A stretch of 64,000 nucleotides of DNA from Chiloscyllium plagiosum (Eukaryota): positions 3,497,440 through 3,561,439 of the forward strand of contig NC_057760.1 of the NCBI RefSeq assembly GCF_004010195.1, read 5' to 3'. Positions 23,765 through 36,194 of this stretch are shown one piece after another (the stretch's first letter is position 1; each line of letters opens with the position of its first letter). Position numbers and translations under genes: made by a program. The notes under the pieces are model-generated. The model ran no database searches and had not been told where the DNA came from. It saw only the letters and a program-made list of their open reading frames with translations.

Positions 23765-25400
23765 GGTGATGTTGATATTGTAGAAATGTCACTAGCCTAG
23801 TAGTTCAGAGACCTGAGACACAAGTTCAAATCTCATAACAGCAACTGATGAGATTAATTTATAAAATCACTTTGAAATCTATTCTGTGCAATTGTGATAG
23901 TAAATTACATAAAATCCTTCTGAATCACTCATGTCCTTTAGGGAAGGAAATCTGTCATTCTTACCTGTTCTGGCCTACAGGTGACTCCATACCCACTGCA
24001 ATGGTTGACTCTTAACTATCCTCTAAAATAGCCTAGCATACGACTCAAACTGCTACAGAAAAGTCATAAGGAATGGCATCAGTAGATATTGACCTAAAAA
24101 GCAGAGATGACAATGGCACACTCTATTCTGTTGATCCTGCAAATCTTCTTGCTCACATCCAGGGACTTGTGTCAAATTTGGGAGTGCTGTCCCATGTACT
24201 ATTCAAGCAAAAGCCTAACACTGTTATCCTTACAGAATCGTAACTTGAATCCATCACCAATATCCCCCTCTCCATATACCCTGACCCACCAGCAGGACAG
24301 ATCCAGCAGAGTGGCAGCACAGTAGTATACAGTCAGGAAGGAGTTGCCCTGGGAGTTCTCAACCTTGCATTCCCACTATTAAAGACATGAACTTTCATAG
24401 CATCAGACCAAACATGGACAATGAAACTTTCAGTTGATCGCCACCAGCTGATAAATGAGTATGCCTGATGGGTGGAAAGTGTATAGAATGTCCTCGAGGT
24501 GGAGAATCATAGAATCCCTACAACGTGGAAACAGGTCATTCGGCCCATCGAGTTCGCACCGATCCTCCAAAGAATATCATAAACAGGCCCACCCCTTCCT
24601 ATCCCATAACCCTACATTTCCCATGGCTAACCGACCTAGCCTTTATATCTCTGGACATTATAGACAATTTAGCATGGCCAATTCGCCCTAACCTGCACAT
24701 CTTAGGACTGCGGGAGGAAACCGGAGCACCTGAAAGAAACCCAAGCAGTTGTGTGGAGAATGTGAAAACTCCACACAGACAGTCGTCCAAAGCTGGAATC
24801 AAACCCAGGTCCCTGGCGCTGTGAGTTGGCAGTGCTAACCACTGAGCCAACATGCCACCCACTGGTTTCATACAGTGGTTCTGTCATACCAAGGATGACA
24901 CAGTTGGCCAAATCCTGAAGAATTACAGGCCAGTCTGCAGGTATTAAGAGAACCAACAAGAGTGGAGTACCTTATCGCAGATGTTTGTCGTCATGACAAT
25001 GTAGATTGGAGTGACCACTAATTAGTCCTTGTGAAAGTCAAGTCCCATCTACAAATTAAGCAAAATTGAGAGTTCTGCAGGCTTTCTCCTTAGATCTGCA
25101 GATCACATGCCAGAGTTCAGCTAATTCCGTTCACTCCACATCATATCAAAGCTGGGTGAAGGCACTTGATACTGCAAAAGCTATTAGCCCCGACATAATT
25201 CTAGGAATAGTACCAAAGACTTGTGTTTCAGAATTGTCTGTGCATCCAGCCAAGCTGTTCTCATACAGCTACAAAAATGGCTACTATCCAGCAATGTAAA
25301 AAACGATCAAACAATGCCTCAAACACAAAAGGACAACGGCAGCATATACATGGCAACCTCATCACCCAAAGGTTTCCTTCCAAACCATGCACCAACCTGC
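23765..25400 (+). mobile_element. CR1/L2-group LINE with tRNA-like SINE-type 5' head, interrupted by an HE1 SINE (24504-24859, -)
   Basis: Head similar to 46372-46715, 51635-52350 and 61518-61815, followed by endonuclease-like DNA and an RT piece (ORF 25066-25299). Confidence 0.65.
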
Positions 25401-25679
25401 CTTGGAACAAAGACATTTGTACAGAAAATTGGTGAGATCACATCTGAAGTACTGCGTAAAGTGTGCTAACTGATCTCGATCATGCAGCCAGTTAATTAGC
25501 TGAATTGCATTTTGCCCAGTTAATAAATGAAATTGGATTGTGTGGTAAATTAATTAGCTGGGGCTAGTTTCGTAGAACAATCAGAAAATGAGGTTGGTTA
25601 TTTAAGTTAAAATAGGTTAAGCAGCCATTTAATCAGGTGAACTTGATTGTGTCTTTTTAGCCGATTTGATTTGGGTACT

Positions 25680-27870
25680 CATTCTTTTAAATTCACTCAT
25701 GGAACATGGACATCATTAACTGGCCAGTATTTATTGCCCTTGAGAAGGTGGTAGTGAGCTGTCTTCTTGAATCACTGTAGTCAATGTGCTGTAGGTTGAC
25801 CCACAATACCCTCAGGGAGGGAATCCCAGGATTTTGACAACAGTGAAGGAACAGCGTTATATTTCCAAATCAGGATAGTGAGTGGCTTTGACAGATATTT
25901 GCAGGTGGTATCTGCTGCCCTTGTCTTGCTAGATGGAAGTGTTTGTGGGTTTCGAAGGTACTCTCTCATGGTGAATTTCTCCAGTGCATCTTGTAGATAG
26001 TACTGTTGCTACTGGGCATTGGTGATGGAGGGAATGGCGATTCAGAAGGTGAGTTACTTACCACTATATTCACAGCCTCTGACTTGCCCTTGTAGCCACT
26101 GGGTATATGTGATGAGTCCATTTAAGTTTCTGGTCAATGGTAACCCCTAGGATGCTGATAGCAGGGAATTCAGTGATGGTAACACCATTGCATAAAACAG
26201 GGCAGTAGTTAGATTGTCTTTTATCGAAGGTAGACAATACCTTGCATTGGTGTGGCACAAACTTTAGTTGCTACTTGTCAGCCCAAACCTGGATATTGTC
26301 CAGATCTTATTGCATGTGAACATGGAATGCTTCAGAATTTGTGTCGTCGTGAATGATTGCACATTCATTGGCGGACATTTCCACTTATGACCTATGATGG
26401 AGGGAAGGTCATTGAAGCAGCTGAAGATGGTTGGGCATCGGAAACTACCCTGAGAAACCCCTACAGAGATGAGCTGCAGCTGAGATGACTAACTTTCAAG
26501 AAAATATGTACCAGATATGATTCAACCAGTAAAGGGTTTGCCCTCTGATATCTGTCATATTCTACTAACTTGCAGGAAATTGGATGTCCGGGGCAGGTTG
26601 GGATGTCTCTGTTCTACAGGAAGAATGTAAGTGAATTTACATTGCTATCCCTTGCCATTCAGAGCCATTTACTTTGTTATCATCTCCTATTCAGAAATCA
26701 ATAAGAACATTACAGTTGGAACTCTGACTGCACCCTATACTGACAAAAGAAACGATTCACAACAGATTTGACCATTAAGGGATGATTTACCTTACACTGT
26801 TTCTGGAGATAATGTGGTCACTGCATTGTATCTTCAGTGACATGTGACTGTGGGGGAGTGACTGAGGATTGTCTTGTGGGCGTCACTGACTGTGATGTAA
26901 AGATTTTGTATAAAGGAAGGTCAGTTCCCTTTGTTCACAGACACCTCTTGACACACTTCGCAATCATGACGAAGTGTGTTACGAGTTTCTCCAAAGTTTG
27001 TACTGTATTTGCTTAATAAAACTTGGCTGTTGTTCACAGAAGTTGGCATATTGCAGTTGCATCAAGTGTGTAAGAGTCTCAAGAGAAAAAAGAACTTAAC
27101 AATCCCCATTAATTCCAGTTTTGCTAGGGCTCCTTGATGCCATACTTGGTTGAAAGCTGTCCTTGATGTCAAGTTCTGTCACTCTCACCTCCCCTCTGAA
27201 ATGTAGCTCTTTTGTCCATGTTTGAACCAAGGCTGTAATGAGACCAGGCGCTAAGTTGCCCTGGCGGAACCCAAACTGAGCAGATGCTGCTTGATAGCAC
27301 TGCTGATGACCCCTTCCATCACTTGACTGATGATTGAGTAGGTGAAGTGGTAATTGACCAGGTTGGATTTGTCCTGCTTTTTATACAGGAATATAATCTG
27401 GGCAATTTTCCAAACTGTTGAGTAAATGCCAATGTTGTAACTGAACTGGAATAGCTTAGCTAGGGGAGCAGCAATTCTGGAGTACAAGTTAGCAGTACTA
27501 ATGCTGGAATGTTGTCAGGGCCAATAGCTTTTGCAATATCCAGTGTATCCAACAGTTTCTTGATAGCATGTGGTGTGAATCGAATTGGCTAAAGACTGGC
27601 ATTTGTGTTGCTGGGGACCACTGGAAAAGGGTGAGATGGGTCATCCATTTGGCACTCTTGGTAAAGACTGCTGCAGATCTTCTGCACTGATGTGTTGGTC
27701 TCTTCAATCATTGAAGTTGGTGATATTTATGGTGCTTCCTCCTCCTCCACTGCATTGTTTAATTGTCCACTACCATTCATGACTGGATGTGGCAGGACTG
27801 CAGGGCTGAGGTTTGATTCATTGGTTGTGGGATTGGTTAGCTCTAACACTTGCTGCTTGTGTTGTTTTCA
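25680..27870 (-). mobile_element. CR1/L2-group LINE, decayed, split by a solo LTR
   Basis: ORFs 26070-26258 (ILGVTIDQKLKW) and 27251-27487 (APLAKLFQ...DKSNLVNY). Confidence 0.8.
26553..27101 (+). mobile_element. Probable solo LTR (~549 bp)
   Basis: TG...CA termini; TATAAA ~26910 and AATAAA ~27015; interrupts a colinear LINE; only ATC is shared as a flanking duplication. Confidence 0.6.
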
Positions 27871-28649
27871 GAATTGAACTGTAGACCCAGTTAATTTGCT
27901 GATTAAGGAGACTGTTAATTAACTGAATTGGTTTCTTGAGCCAATTAATTCACCGAAATAGTTTGTGGGTCTTGTTAACTTGCTGCAGAATTAGTTAGAG
28001 GGTTGAATTATCAATTTATTAGGATTATTGGCTTGTTTTCTTTTCTAAATCAGGTTTCAATTGAGATCCCAAACTGACTCCCAAGTTCATGGTTTTTAGC
28101 TGTTATAAAAAGCTGATGGTTCAGTGGGTTTAGCTATCACCCTTCATCTCTGGAATCCAATTTTCAATCAAGTCGAGATTCATTGAGTGAAAGTTTATTG
28201 TCTCTGCTGTCTGTAAATTAAATTGCTTTCGGCAACCTGAGTCAATTTCTTGTAACTATAATTTTGCAAGACAAATGTGTCCAGACCCCTGCACAAATCA
28301 CTTACTGAAGCTTACGTAAAAACAAAGAAAAATGCTGACACTGCATTGGTTCAGTACAGATGCTCGTGCAAGGTTGGGGCACAGTAGCACACAGTTGAAG
28401 GAATAGCTAAGCATTTTCATTTTGATGAGGAGGCTTTACTCTGCAAAAGTGGGAGAACTTTCTTGTCGTAGGATATTTGAAGGATGACTCTGTTTGCTCA
28501 AGGAATCCTCTCAAAAGTGCAAGCTTCAGGTTCTGACAAGGCTGCACATCTTCCATAATCATCCTGTACTGGAATTGAGACCAAACAGGTCCATTGGTTC
28601 AGCAGGACGTAATGAAGTAACCAACCAAAATACAAGTGAAGATGGAAAC

Positions 28650-29680
28650 ATACAGATGGTTGCAGAAGGCCATTCAGCCCCTTGAGCTATCCATTATTTG
28701 ATAAGATCATGGATCTTATGTCCTGTCTGTCTTCCTGTAGCTTTTGATTTCCTTGTTAATCAAGAATCAATGTAATTCTGCCTTAGAAGTAGTCAGTGAC
28801 CCTTCTTTCATTGCTCACTGGGGAAGAGACAAATGGCTTTCTGAGAGAATAAAATTCTCCCTATCTTCATCTAAAATGGGAGGCCACATCTTTTTAAAAC
28901 TGTGCCCTCTAATTCTAGTCTCTCTCTCAAAGTAACATTCTTTCAGCAATTCCCCCCCCCCCCACTTCCTTATCAAGTTTCCTGAGGATCATGTATAATT
29001 TCAATAAAATCATCTGATCCTTCTCAACTGCAATGGATACAGGCCCAATCTATTCAATGAATAAGGAACTACTTAATCTCAGAAATCAGCTGAGTGAACT
29101 CTGAACCTCTTAAATACAAAACTATACACTGTAATCTGGATATGGTCTTGCTACCATCCTGTGCAATTGTAGCAAAACTTCATTCATTTAATATTCAATT
29201 CCCCATGCAATCAGTGACAGCATTCTACTTCCCAGTCCCTAATCATTTGTAATATTTGCAGACTATCTTTTTGTAATTCATGCACAAGTTCATCCATATC
29301 TCTCTGTACCTGACAGTTCTGCAGTCTTATTCCATTTAAATAATTTGTTTTTCTATTCTTCCGGTCAAAATGGATAAGTTCACACATTGTACATGATCTG
29401 CCATTTTTTTTCTCCACTTAATCAAACTATATCTCTTTGCAGACCCCTTATGTCCTCTTCATAACTTACTCACCTATCTACTGTTTAGATTAGGTTAGAT
29501 TCCCTATAATGTGGAAATAGGCCCTTCAGCCCAACCAGTCCACACTGACCCGCCGAAGAGTAACCCACCCAGACCCATTTCCCCTCTAATGTATCTAACA
29601 CCATGGGTAATCAGCAAATTTACCTACCATATGTTCAGTCTTTTCACTCAATTCATTATATACATTAGAAATAATTGAGG
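28650..29680 (-). mobile_element. Old CR1 LINE 3' region with an HE1 3' fragment (29485-29612)
   Basis: ORF 29211-29417 CELIHFDRKN...QRD-type CR1 motif. Confidence 0.7.
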
Positions 29681-29685
29681 TCCAG

Positions 29686-29764
29686 GACTCTTTTTTTCTC
29701 TCTTCTTGTCTTCCCCCACACTACCGCCTAACTGCGGTGGTGTTTATTTTTCCCCAGCACCCAT

Positions 29765-29805
<41 letters not shown>

Positions 29806-30215
29806 GCAGGTGTGAGACACAAGGTGCACAAATCTTTATTCAGTTCCCACCACCAGGAAGAAAGGAAACACCCGAGTGGCCAGTGACAAGCAGTGCCCTT
29901 CTCAGAGGGAATTGCTGCATTACCAAACAGTGAAGGAGAGGGCAGGGATTAAATCAAAATAGAGTTGGAGGGGGAAATAATGCACTCCACTCCCTGTGTT
30001 GCCAGGGTGTCGGTGGTTACCGCGTGCTCCTTCTGCAGGAACACCCAGGCTCTAATGTAACCGCGGAAGAGGGGCAGGCAGTCGGCCCTAACGACCCCCT
30101 CCACGGCCCGCTGCCTCGACCTGTTTATGGCCAGTTTGGCCATGCCCAGGAGCAGACCCACGAGGAGGTCCTCTGACCTACCCTCCCCCTTCCACACCGG
30201 GTGCCCAAAGATCAT
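29686..30215 (-). mobile_element. Tx1/L1-clade LINE 3' end with (TG)n and A-rich tail
   Basis: ORF 29949-30248 IFGHPV...LLLGMAKLAINRSRQ resembles Tx1-type ORF2 C-termini; GC-rich body; (TG)n at 29766-29806. Confidence 0.65.
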
Positions 30216-30354
30216 ATCTCTATTACCTGCTTCCTGATAGCTAACCAATCCTCTTTAGTAACAAAGACTTTAAGCTAGTTAAAGAGGGGGAAAGCTCAGG
30301 AGAGGTTATTAATATTTCCATAACAAGTAATAGGACAAGAGTATGGAAAGGGTC

Positions 30355-30664
30355 AGGTGGCACGGTGGCTCAGTGGTTAGTACTGCTGCCTCACAGCACC
30401 AGGGCCCCAGGTTCAATTCCAGCCTCGGGCAACTGTCTGTGTGGTGTTTGCACATTCGCCCCGTGTCTGTGTGGGTTTCCGGTTTCCTCCCACACTCCAA
30501 AGATGTACGGGTCAGGTGGATTGGTCATGCTGAATTGCCCATAGTGTTAGGTGCATTAGTCAGAGGGAAATGGGTCTGGGTGGGTTACACTTCGGTGTGG
30601 ACTGGTTGGGCCGAAGGGCCTGTTTCCACACTGTAGGGAATTTAATCTAATCTAATCTAACCTA
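30355..30664 (+). mobile_element. HE1-type SINE
   Basis: Full head and (aatct)n tail. Confidence 0.9.
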
Positions 30665-31414
30665 ACTTCAGGCACACTAGTAAAGGGGGGAGTCTACGAG
30701 ACCGGGGTGGTCAACTTAGGACTGAGGATGCTAAATACACCAAGTATATGACACAAGGTAAATGAGTTTGCGGCACATATTGAAATTGGTGGGTACGATG
30801 TTGTGGGTATCACAGAGACCCGGCTGCAAAGGGTTCACGGATAAGAACTAAAGGAGTTGCCTCCTATCACAAGGAGGGGCAGAGAGGATAGGACTGCCTT
30901 GTTAGTAAGAAATTAAATCAATAGCAAGAAGTGATTTGGGGCTGGAGGCATAGAGTCTGTGTGGGTGGAGTTGAGGAACTGCAAAGTAAAAAAGACGCTG
31001 TTGGGGGTTACGTACAGGGCCCCTAGTAAAAGTCAGGATGTGGTGCAGAAAATAAATCAGGAGACAGTGCTTTTCTTACACACCTTTTCTATTACAATAA
31101 TCACGGGGGACTTCAATAAGCAGGTGGACCGGAAAAATCGTGTGGGTAACGGATCCCAAGAAAAGAAGCTCAAGGAATGTCTACAAGATGGGATTTTGGA
31201 GCTGCTTATGATGGAATTCACCACAGAACAGGCAGTTCTGGATTTATGTAATGAGACAGATTGGACTAGGGAGCGTAAGGTGCAGGAACTCCTGGGGGCA
31301 CTGACCATAACAAGACAGAGTTCACCCTGCAGTTTAAAAGGGAGAAGCTGGAATCAGATGGAATGGTATTACAATTGAGTGAAGGTGACTACAGCAAACT
31401 TTGTTTTAACCAAG

Positions 31415-31661
31415 GCCTCACAGTGCCAGGGACCCAGGTTTGATTCCAGCCTCGGGTGACTGTCTGTGTGGAGACACTGTGTGCAAACCCGTGTCTGTGT
31501 GGGATTCCTCCCACAGTCCAAAGTTGTGCAGGTCAGGTGAATTGGCCATGCTAAATCTCCTGTAGTGTTAGGTGCATTGGTCAGAGGGAAATGGGTCTGG
31601 ATGGGTTACTCTACAGAGGGTCGGTGTGGACTTGTTGGGCCAAAGGAATCTAATCTAATCA
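31415..31661 (+). mobile_element. HE1-type SINE, 5'-truncated
   Basis: Core and (aatct)n tail. Confidence 0.85.
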
Positions 31662-31815
31662 TAAAGTGTCAGACGTTTACTGCATTATCATGATCTCTGT
31701 GATGTCTGAGTGATCACTTGAAGGTGTGAGTGAGAAGGCTCACTGCTGGACATTTTTGTTTTATAAGGTACAGTTGCATTATTATTTAAGTGATTTATGC
31801 TGTAATTAAAATATT

Positions 31816-32026
31816 GAGAGTGTGGTGCTGGAAAAGCACTGCAGGTCAGGCAGCATCTGAGGAGCAGGAGAGTCGACATTTTGGGCATAAGCCTCTCATT
31901 CCTGATGAAGGGCTTATGCCCGAAACGTCAATTCTCCTGCTCCTCGGATGCTGCCTGACCTGCTGCGCTTTTCCAGCACCACACTCTCGACTCTGATCTC
32001 CAGCATCTGCAGTGCTCACTTTCTCC
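31816..32026. mobile_element. Palindromic hammerhead-bearing Penelope-derived mini-element
   Basis: Inverted arms 31816-31894 and 31911-31988; TSD-like ctgtaa(t/a)taaa(a/g)ta at 31800-31813 and 32027-32040. Confidence 0.8.
31902..31929 (+). ncRNA. Minimal hammerhead ribozyme core
   Basis: CTGATGA-a-GGGC-ttat-GCCC-GAAAC-GTC: catalytic boxes CUGANGA and GAAA, 4-bp stem II, GUC triplet. Confidence 0.75.
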
Positions 32027-33194
32027 CTGTAAATAAAGTAAACCAACAGTGATATGTACAGCCCCTGCATTACACTTCTACTATTTAGTGTGTGTGTTTT
32101 AATATTGACTATGTCTTAATCAACTGGAATATTTGATCAATCGGTACACTCCTAGTCCCACAGTTGCTGGTTAATAAAAAGTTTGCTGTCCAAGGATATG
32201 AGGGGCAGCTGGTCAGAGTTGATTGGAAGGGGAGCCTAACCCCTTGGAAGACAATGGAGCAATGGCTGAGGTTTCTGAGGGTAATTTGGGAAGCACAGCA
32301 GAAATTCATCCCAAGGAAGAAGAAACACACTAAGGAGACGATAAGGCAACCATGGGAAGCCAGGGACAGCATAAAAGCAAAAGAAAAAGCATATAATATA
32401 TTGGGGTACCTTTAAAAAACCAGCAGAGGATAGCTAAAAAAGCAATAAGTGGGGGGAGAAGATGAATTATGAGGGTAAGCTAGCTAATAATATAAAATAA
32501 TTTTGCATGAATTTTTTAGATACATATAATGTAAGAGAGAGGCAAGAGTGAACACTGGACTGCTGGAAAATGAGACTGGAAAAGTAGAATGTGGAACAAA
32601 ATTATTGCGAAGGAATTGACTGGATGCTTTGCATCAGTTTTCACAGTGGAAGACACCAGGGAGTACCAGAACTTCAAAAGAATTAGGAGGCAGAAGTGAG
32701 TGTCGTGGTCATCACTAAAGAGAAGGTTCTGGGGAAGCTGAAAGCTCTAATGGTGGATCAATCACCCAGACCTGATGGACCACACCTAGAGTTCTGAAGG
32801 AGATAGCTGAGGAAATTTCGAAGGCATCTTTCAGGAATCACCTGGTGTTGGGGAAGGTGCAAGAGGACTGAGAAATGGCACATGCTTGCCCCTTGTTTAA
32901 GGAGGGAGGGGGGCAGGCAGAAAACAAGAAATTAATAGCCAATAAGCCTGACCTTGGTCGTTGGTAAGATTTTCGAGTCATTTATTAAGGATAAGATAGC
33001 TGAGTACTTGGAAGTGCAGGGTAAAATAGGGCTGAGTCAGTTTGGCTTTATTAAAGGGAGTTACCCTGACAAATCCGTTGGGATTCTCGGAGAAGGTGAT
33101 GAGCAAGTTAGTCAAGGTGAGCCAGTGGATCTGTTTGCATTTCCAGAAGGCCTTTGATACGGGGCTGAACAGGAGATTGCTAAAAACCATAAGA

Positions 33195-33372
33195 GAGGAG
33201 ACAGTGAGGTCTGCAGATGCTGGAGATCAGAGCTTAAACATGTGTTGCTGGAAAAGCGCAGCCCTTCTTCAGGAATCAGTTTCCTGAAGAAGGGCTTCTG
33301 CCCGAAACGTCGATTCTCCTGCTCCTTGGATGCTGCCTGACCTGCTGCGCTTTTCCAGCAACACATTTTTAA
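33195..33372. mobile_element. Palindromic hammerhead-bearing mini-element
   Basis: + core ctgaagaagggcttctgcccgaaacgtc (~33284-33311); TSD AAAAACCATAA at 33182-33192 and 33375-33385. Confidence 0.8.
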
Positions 33373-33391
33373 GCAAAAACCATAACAGGCC

Positions 33392-34910
33392 TGGAAAGAT
33401 CCCACAGAGGCTGGTATCCCGTCACCAAGTCAACTTTATTTACATGTGGAAAGTCCTTGACACTGATCCAGCTCCCTCAGAACCAGGTCTGAGTGCACAG
33501 AAACTGATACTACTGTTCTTACCTGTCAGCCAGGGGGCCTTGAGTGGATTAGATTAAAGGACCCATACAAGGAAATCAGATTCTATGAGGTCCACCTGGC
33601 TGACATCCCTTCCCTTCTGAGACCAAGGGCAGAGACTGGTTCTATTTTTTTGTAGCTCCTCATGGGGCATTTTAGCACCGGGTCAGGTTCCTCCAACTCT
33701 GCCTCGGATACAGGTGGCACGTAACACACACTAGCTTGCCTCTTGCGCACGGAGCACCTTGGAAAAAAATTCATTCTCTTCTTCAGGCAGTAAAGGCCTT
33801 GAGGTAGCGACATCCGCAGTGTCCATCCAAGAATCTTCAACACTTGACAAAGAGGGAGAACCACGGGTCCTGGAGCAGTTGAAAAGGCTGTCGAGGAGCC
33901 AGGCACGGTTTTCCCTTGCATTGTTCCAGGTGCTTGTTCATGGCTGTCACATCTACCCAAACTTTATACATCATCAGGCCTGACCTCGCATCAACCATGC
34001 CTCTTACCCATGCAGGGCTGTTCCCTGTGGTACATATACCAGATTTTATCCCCTGAAATAAACTGTGTGCCTTGCTGTTTCACCCTCCCCACACAGCTCT
34101 GGGAGGATCAGATTTAGCCTTCTCTCCACCCCTTTAGTAAATCTGCTGAAGCGGTCCCTGTACTTGCATGACAGGTGATCCTTTAATCAAATAGGAACTG
34201 GGACAGTTTGGTATCTAGTCCCTTTAAACTTACCTTCAAAGTTTGGACTGCTCTTTCTGCCAGAATGTTGGATGATAAATGGTGTGGAGCTCTCCCTATG
34301 TGATGAATACCATTGAACTTTAGGAAATACTCAAATCCTTTGCTGGTAAATGAAAGCACATTATCTGTGATCAACACTTTCAGGAGTCCGTGTATTGCAA
34401 AAGATGCACTCAGTTTTTCTATTGCTTGACAAATGAACTCTATGAGCACCCAGCTGCCTTGAGTGGGGCATCCACAATGACTATGAACATTGACCCCATT
34501 AAAGGGCCTGCACAATTAACATGTGACCCAGCCATTCCCACAAATGTTGGGTAGCTACTGGTGATAAATTTTGTCCTTGTTGGTATTGTGGGCAGTGCTC
34601 CACCAACATGGTCATGTCTGAATCCAGTCATAACTTTGTGCCAACATCTTCATTTTGGAAATCCCTGGATGACCCAGCTAATGTCTGGCAGCGACCTTGG
34701 CTTGGGACAATCACTCTTGCTTCCCCTAATAATATGCCGTCCTCTACTATGATCTGGTCTCTCTGGTTCTGAAAAGGTTTAAATTCTGGCTGTTACAGCC
34801 CTTTGATCTCCCCCATCACCACCAGCTATTTAGGTTTGGCCAGGACTAGACCTTTCAGCATCCTAAACCTGATATTGTCAGCTGTGACTCGAGTGTGTCC
34901 TGAAAATTTC
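33392..34910 (-). mobile_element. Gypsy/Ty3 LTR retrotransposon 3' remnant (integrase, PPT, 3' LTR)
   Basis: ORF 34183-34515 TDN..FTS..F..FLKFNGIHH...AERAVQTLK; PPT AGAAGGGAAGGGA at 33606-33618; LTR TG...CA at 33605-33392 with AATAAA. Confidence 0.85.
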
Positions 34911-35029
34911 ACCTCAGGGCGAAAGGATGACCCTCTAGGAGTGAGATGAGGAGGAATTTCTTCAGCCAAAGGTGGTGAATCTGTGGAACTGATTGACGCA
35001 GAAGGCTGTGGAGGCCAACTGCTCCACAC

Positions 35030-36192
35030 ACACTTGCATCGCCTTCCCCCAACTCTGTCCGCATTTTGAAAATTCAGATCACAATGCTGTGTTCCTCCTC
35101 CCAGCTTACAAGCAGAAGGTAAAGCATGAGAATCCAGTAAAGGAAGTAGTGAAATGCTAGTCTGAGGCAACGAAAGGCTTAAAGTCAGCAGACTGGTCTA
35201 CATTCAAGAACTGAGCGGCCAATCTAAATGAGAATGGCACTACTGTTACTGACTTCGTTAGTAAGTATGTAGAAGACCGTGTGCCAAAGAAGTTAATCCG
35301 AATGTTCCCCAATCGGAAACCATGGGTGAACCGAGAGATCCACTCCTTACTGAAGTCCAGGTCTGAGGCGTACAAGTCGGGCAACCCTGAATACAGGAAA
35401 TCCGGACACGATCTTTGTAAGGCCAATATTGACACCAACAGGCAATACCAAACTAAGCTTGAAATTCTGAATAACCACAAGTAAGCTTCATTCCTGATTA
35501 AGGGCTTTTGCCCGAAACGTCGATTTTCCTGCTGCTTGGATGCTGCCTGACCTGCTGTGCTTTTCCAGCACCACTCTAATCTGGACTCTAATCTCCAGCG
35601 TCTGCAGTCCTTACCTTTGCCTAGTTGATTGTAACCACATGTAAACCCGTCATTTGTGGAAAGGTTTACCCAACATATCGGGTTACAAAGTGAATTCGAA
35701 CAGAATCGTGGGTGACAATACATTCCTACTTGATGAGCTCAATGCATTCTACGCACACTTTGAACAGAAGGTCAGTGAAATGATGTCACCTATCCCAACA
35801 GCCTTGGATGCAGCCGTACCCACGGTCACCATCCCAGACATTAACTCGGTCTTCTTGAGAGTGAACCCACGGAAAGTGACTGGCTCAGATGGAGTCCAGC
35901 CATGCACTCAGATCCTGTGCTTGCAGCTGGTGGGAGTATTCACAGACATCTTTAACATGTTTTTACTAGGAAATCAAACCCCCACCTGCTTCAAGAAGAC
36001 CACTATCATTCCAGTTACAAAGAAAAATGGATGTTTCAAATACTAATGTTGATATCTCTCTCTCTACACCTTCTCTGCAGCTGTGACACTGTATCCTGCT
36101 ACCCTGATGCACTTTGTATGGCATAATCTACCCGTCTAGCACATAAAACAACACCTTTCACTGTATCTCAGTACACATGACAATAAATCAAA
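35030..36192 (+). mobile_element. Rex1/Babar-clade LINE fragment
   Basis: ORFs FPNRKPWVN, WKGL..ISGYK, ELNAFYAHFE, VFTDIFN, PTCFKKTTIIPV; tail gtacacatgacaataaatc. Confidence 0.8.
35485..35630 (+). mobile_element. Hammerhead-family mini-element inserted in the Rex LINE
   Basis: Core ctgattaagggcttttgcccgaaacgtc (one mutation); TSD taaccaca(a/t)gtaa at 35472-35484 and 35632-35644. Confidence 0.8.
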
Positions 36193-36194
36193 CC

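Larger units (their letters stand above)
30250..33190 (+). mobile_element. CR1 LINE (endonuclease through RT), decayed and interrupted
   Basis: ORF 30959-31378 WVELRN...GVTYRAP...IITGDFN; ORFs 32954-33157 and 33042-33287 (RT). Confidence 0.85.
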
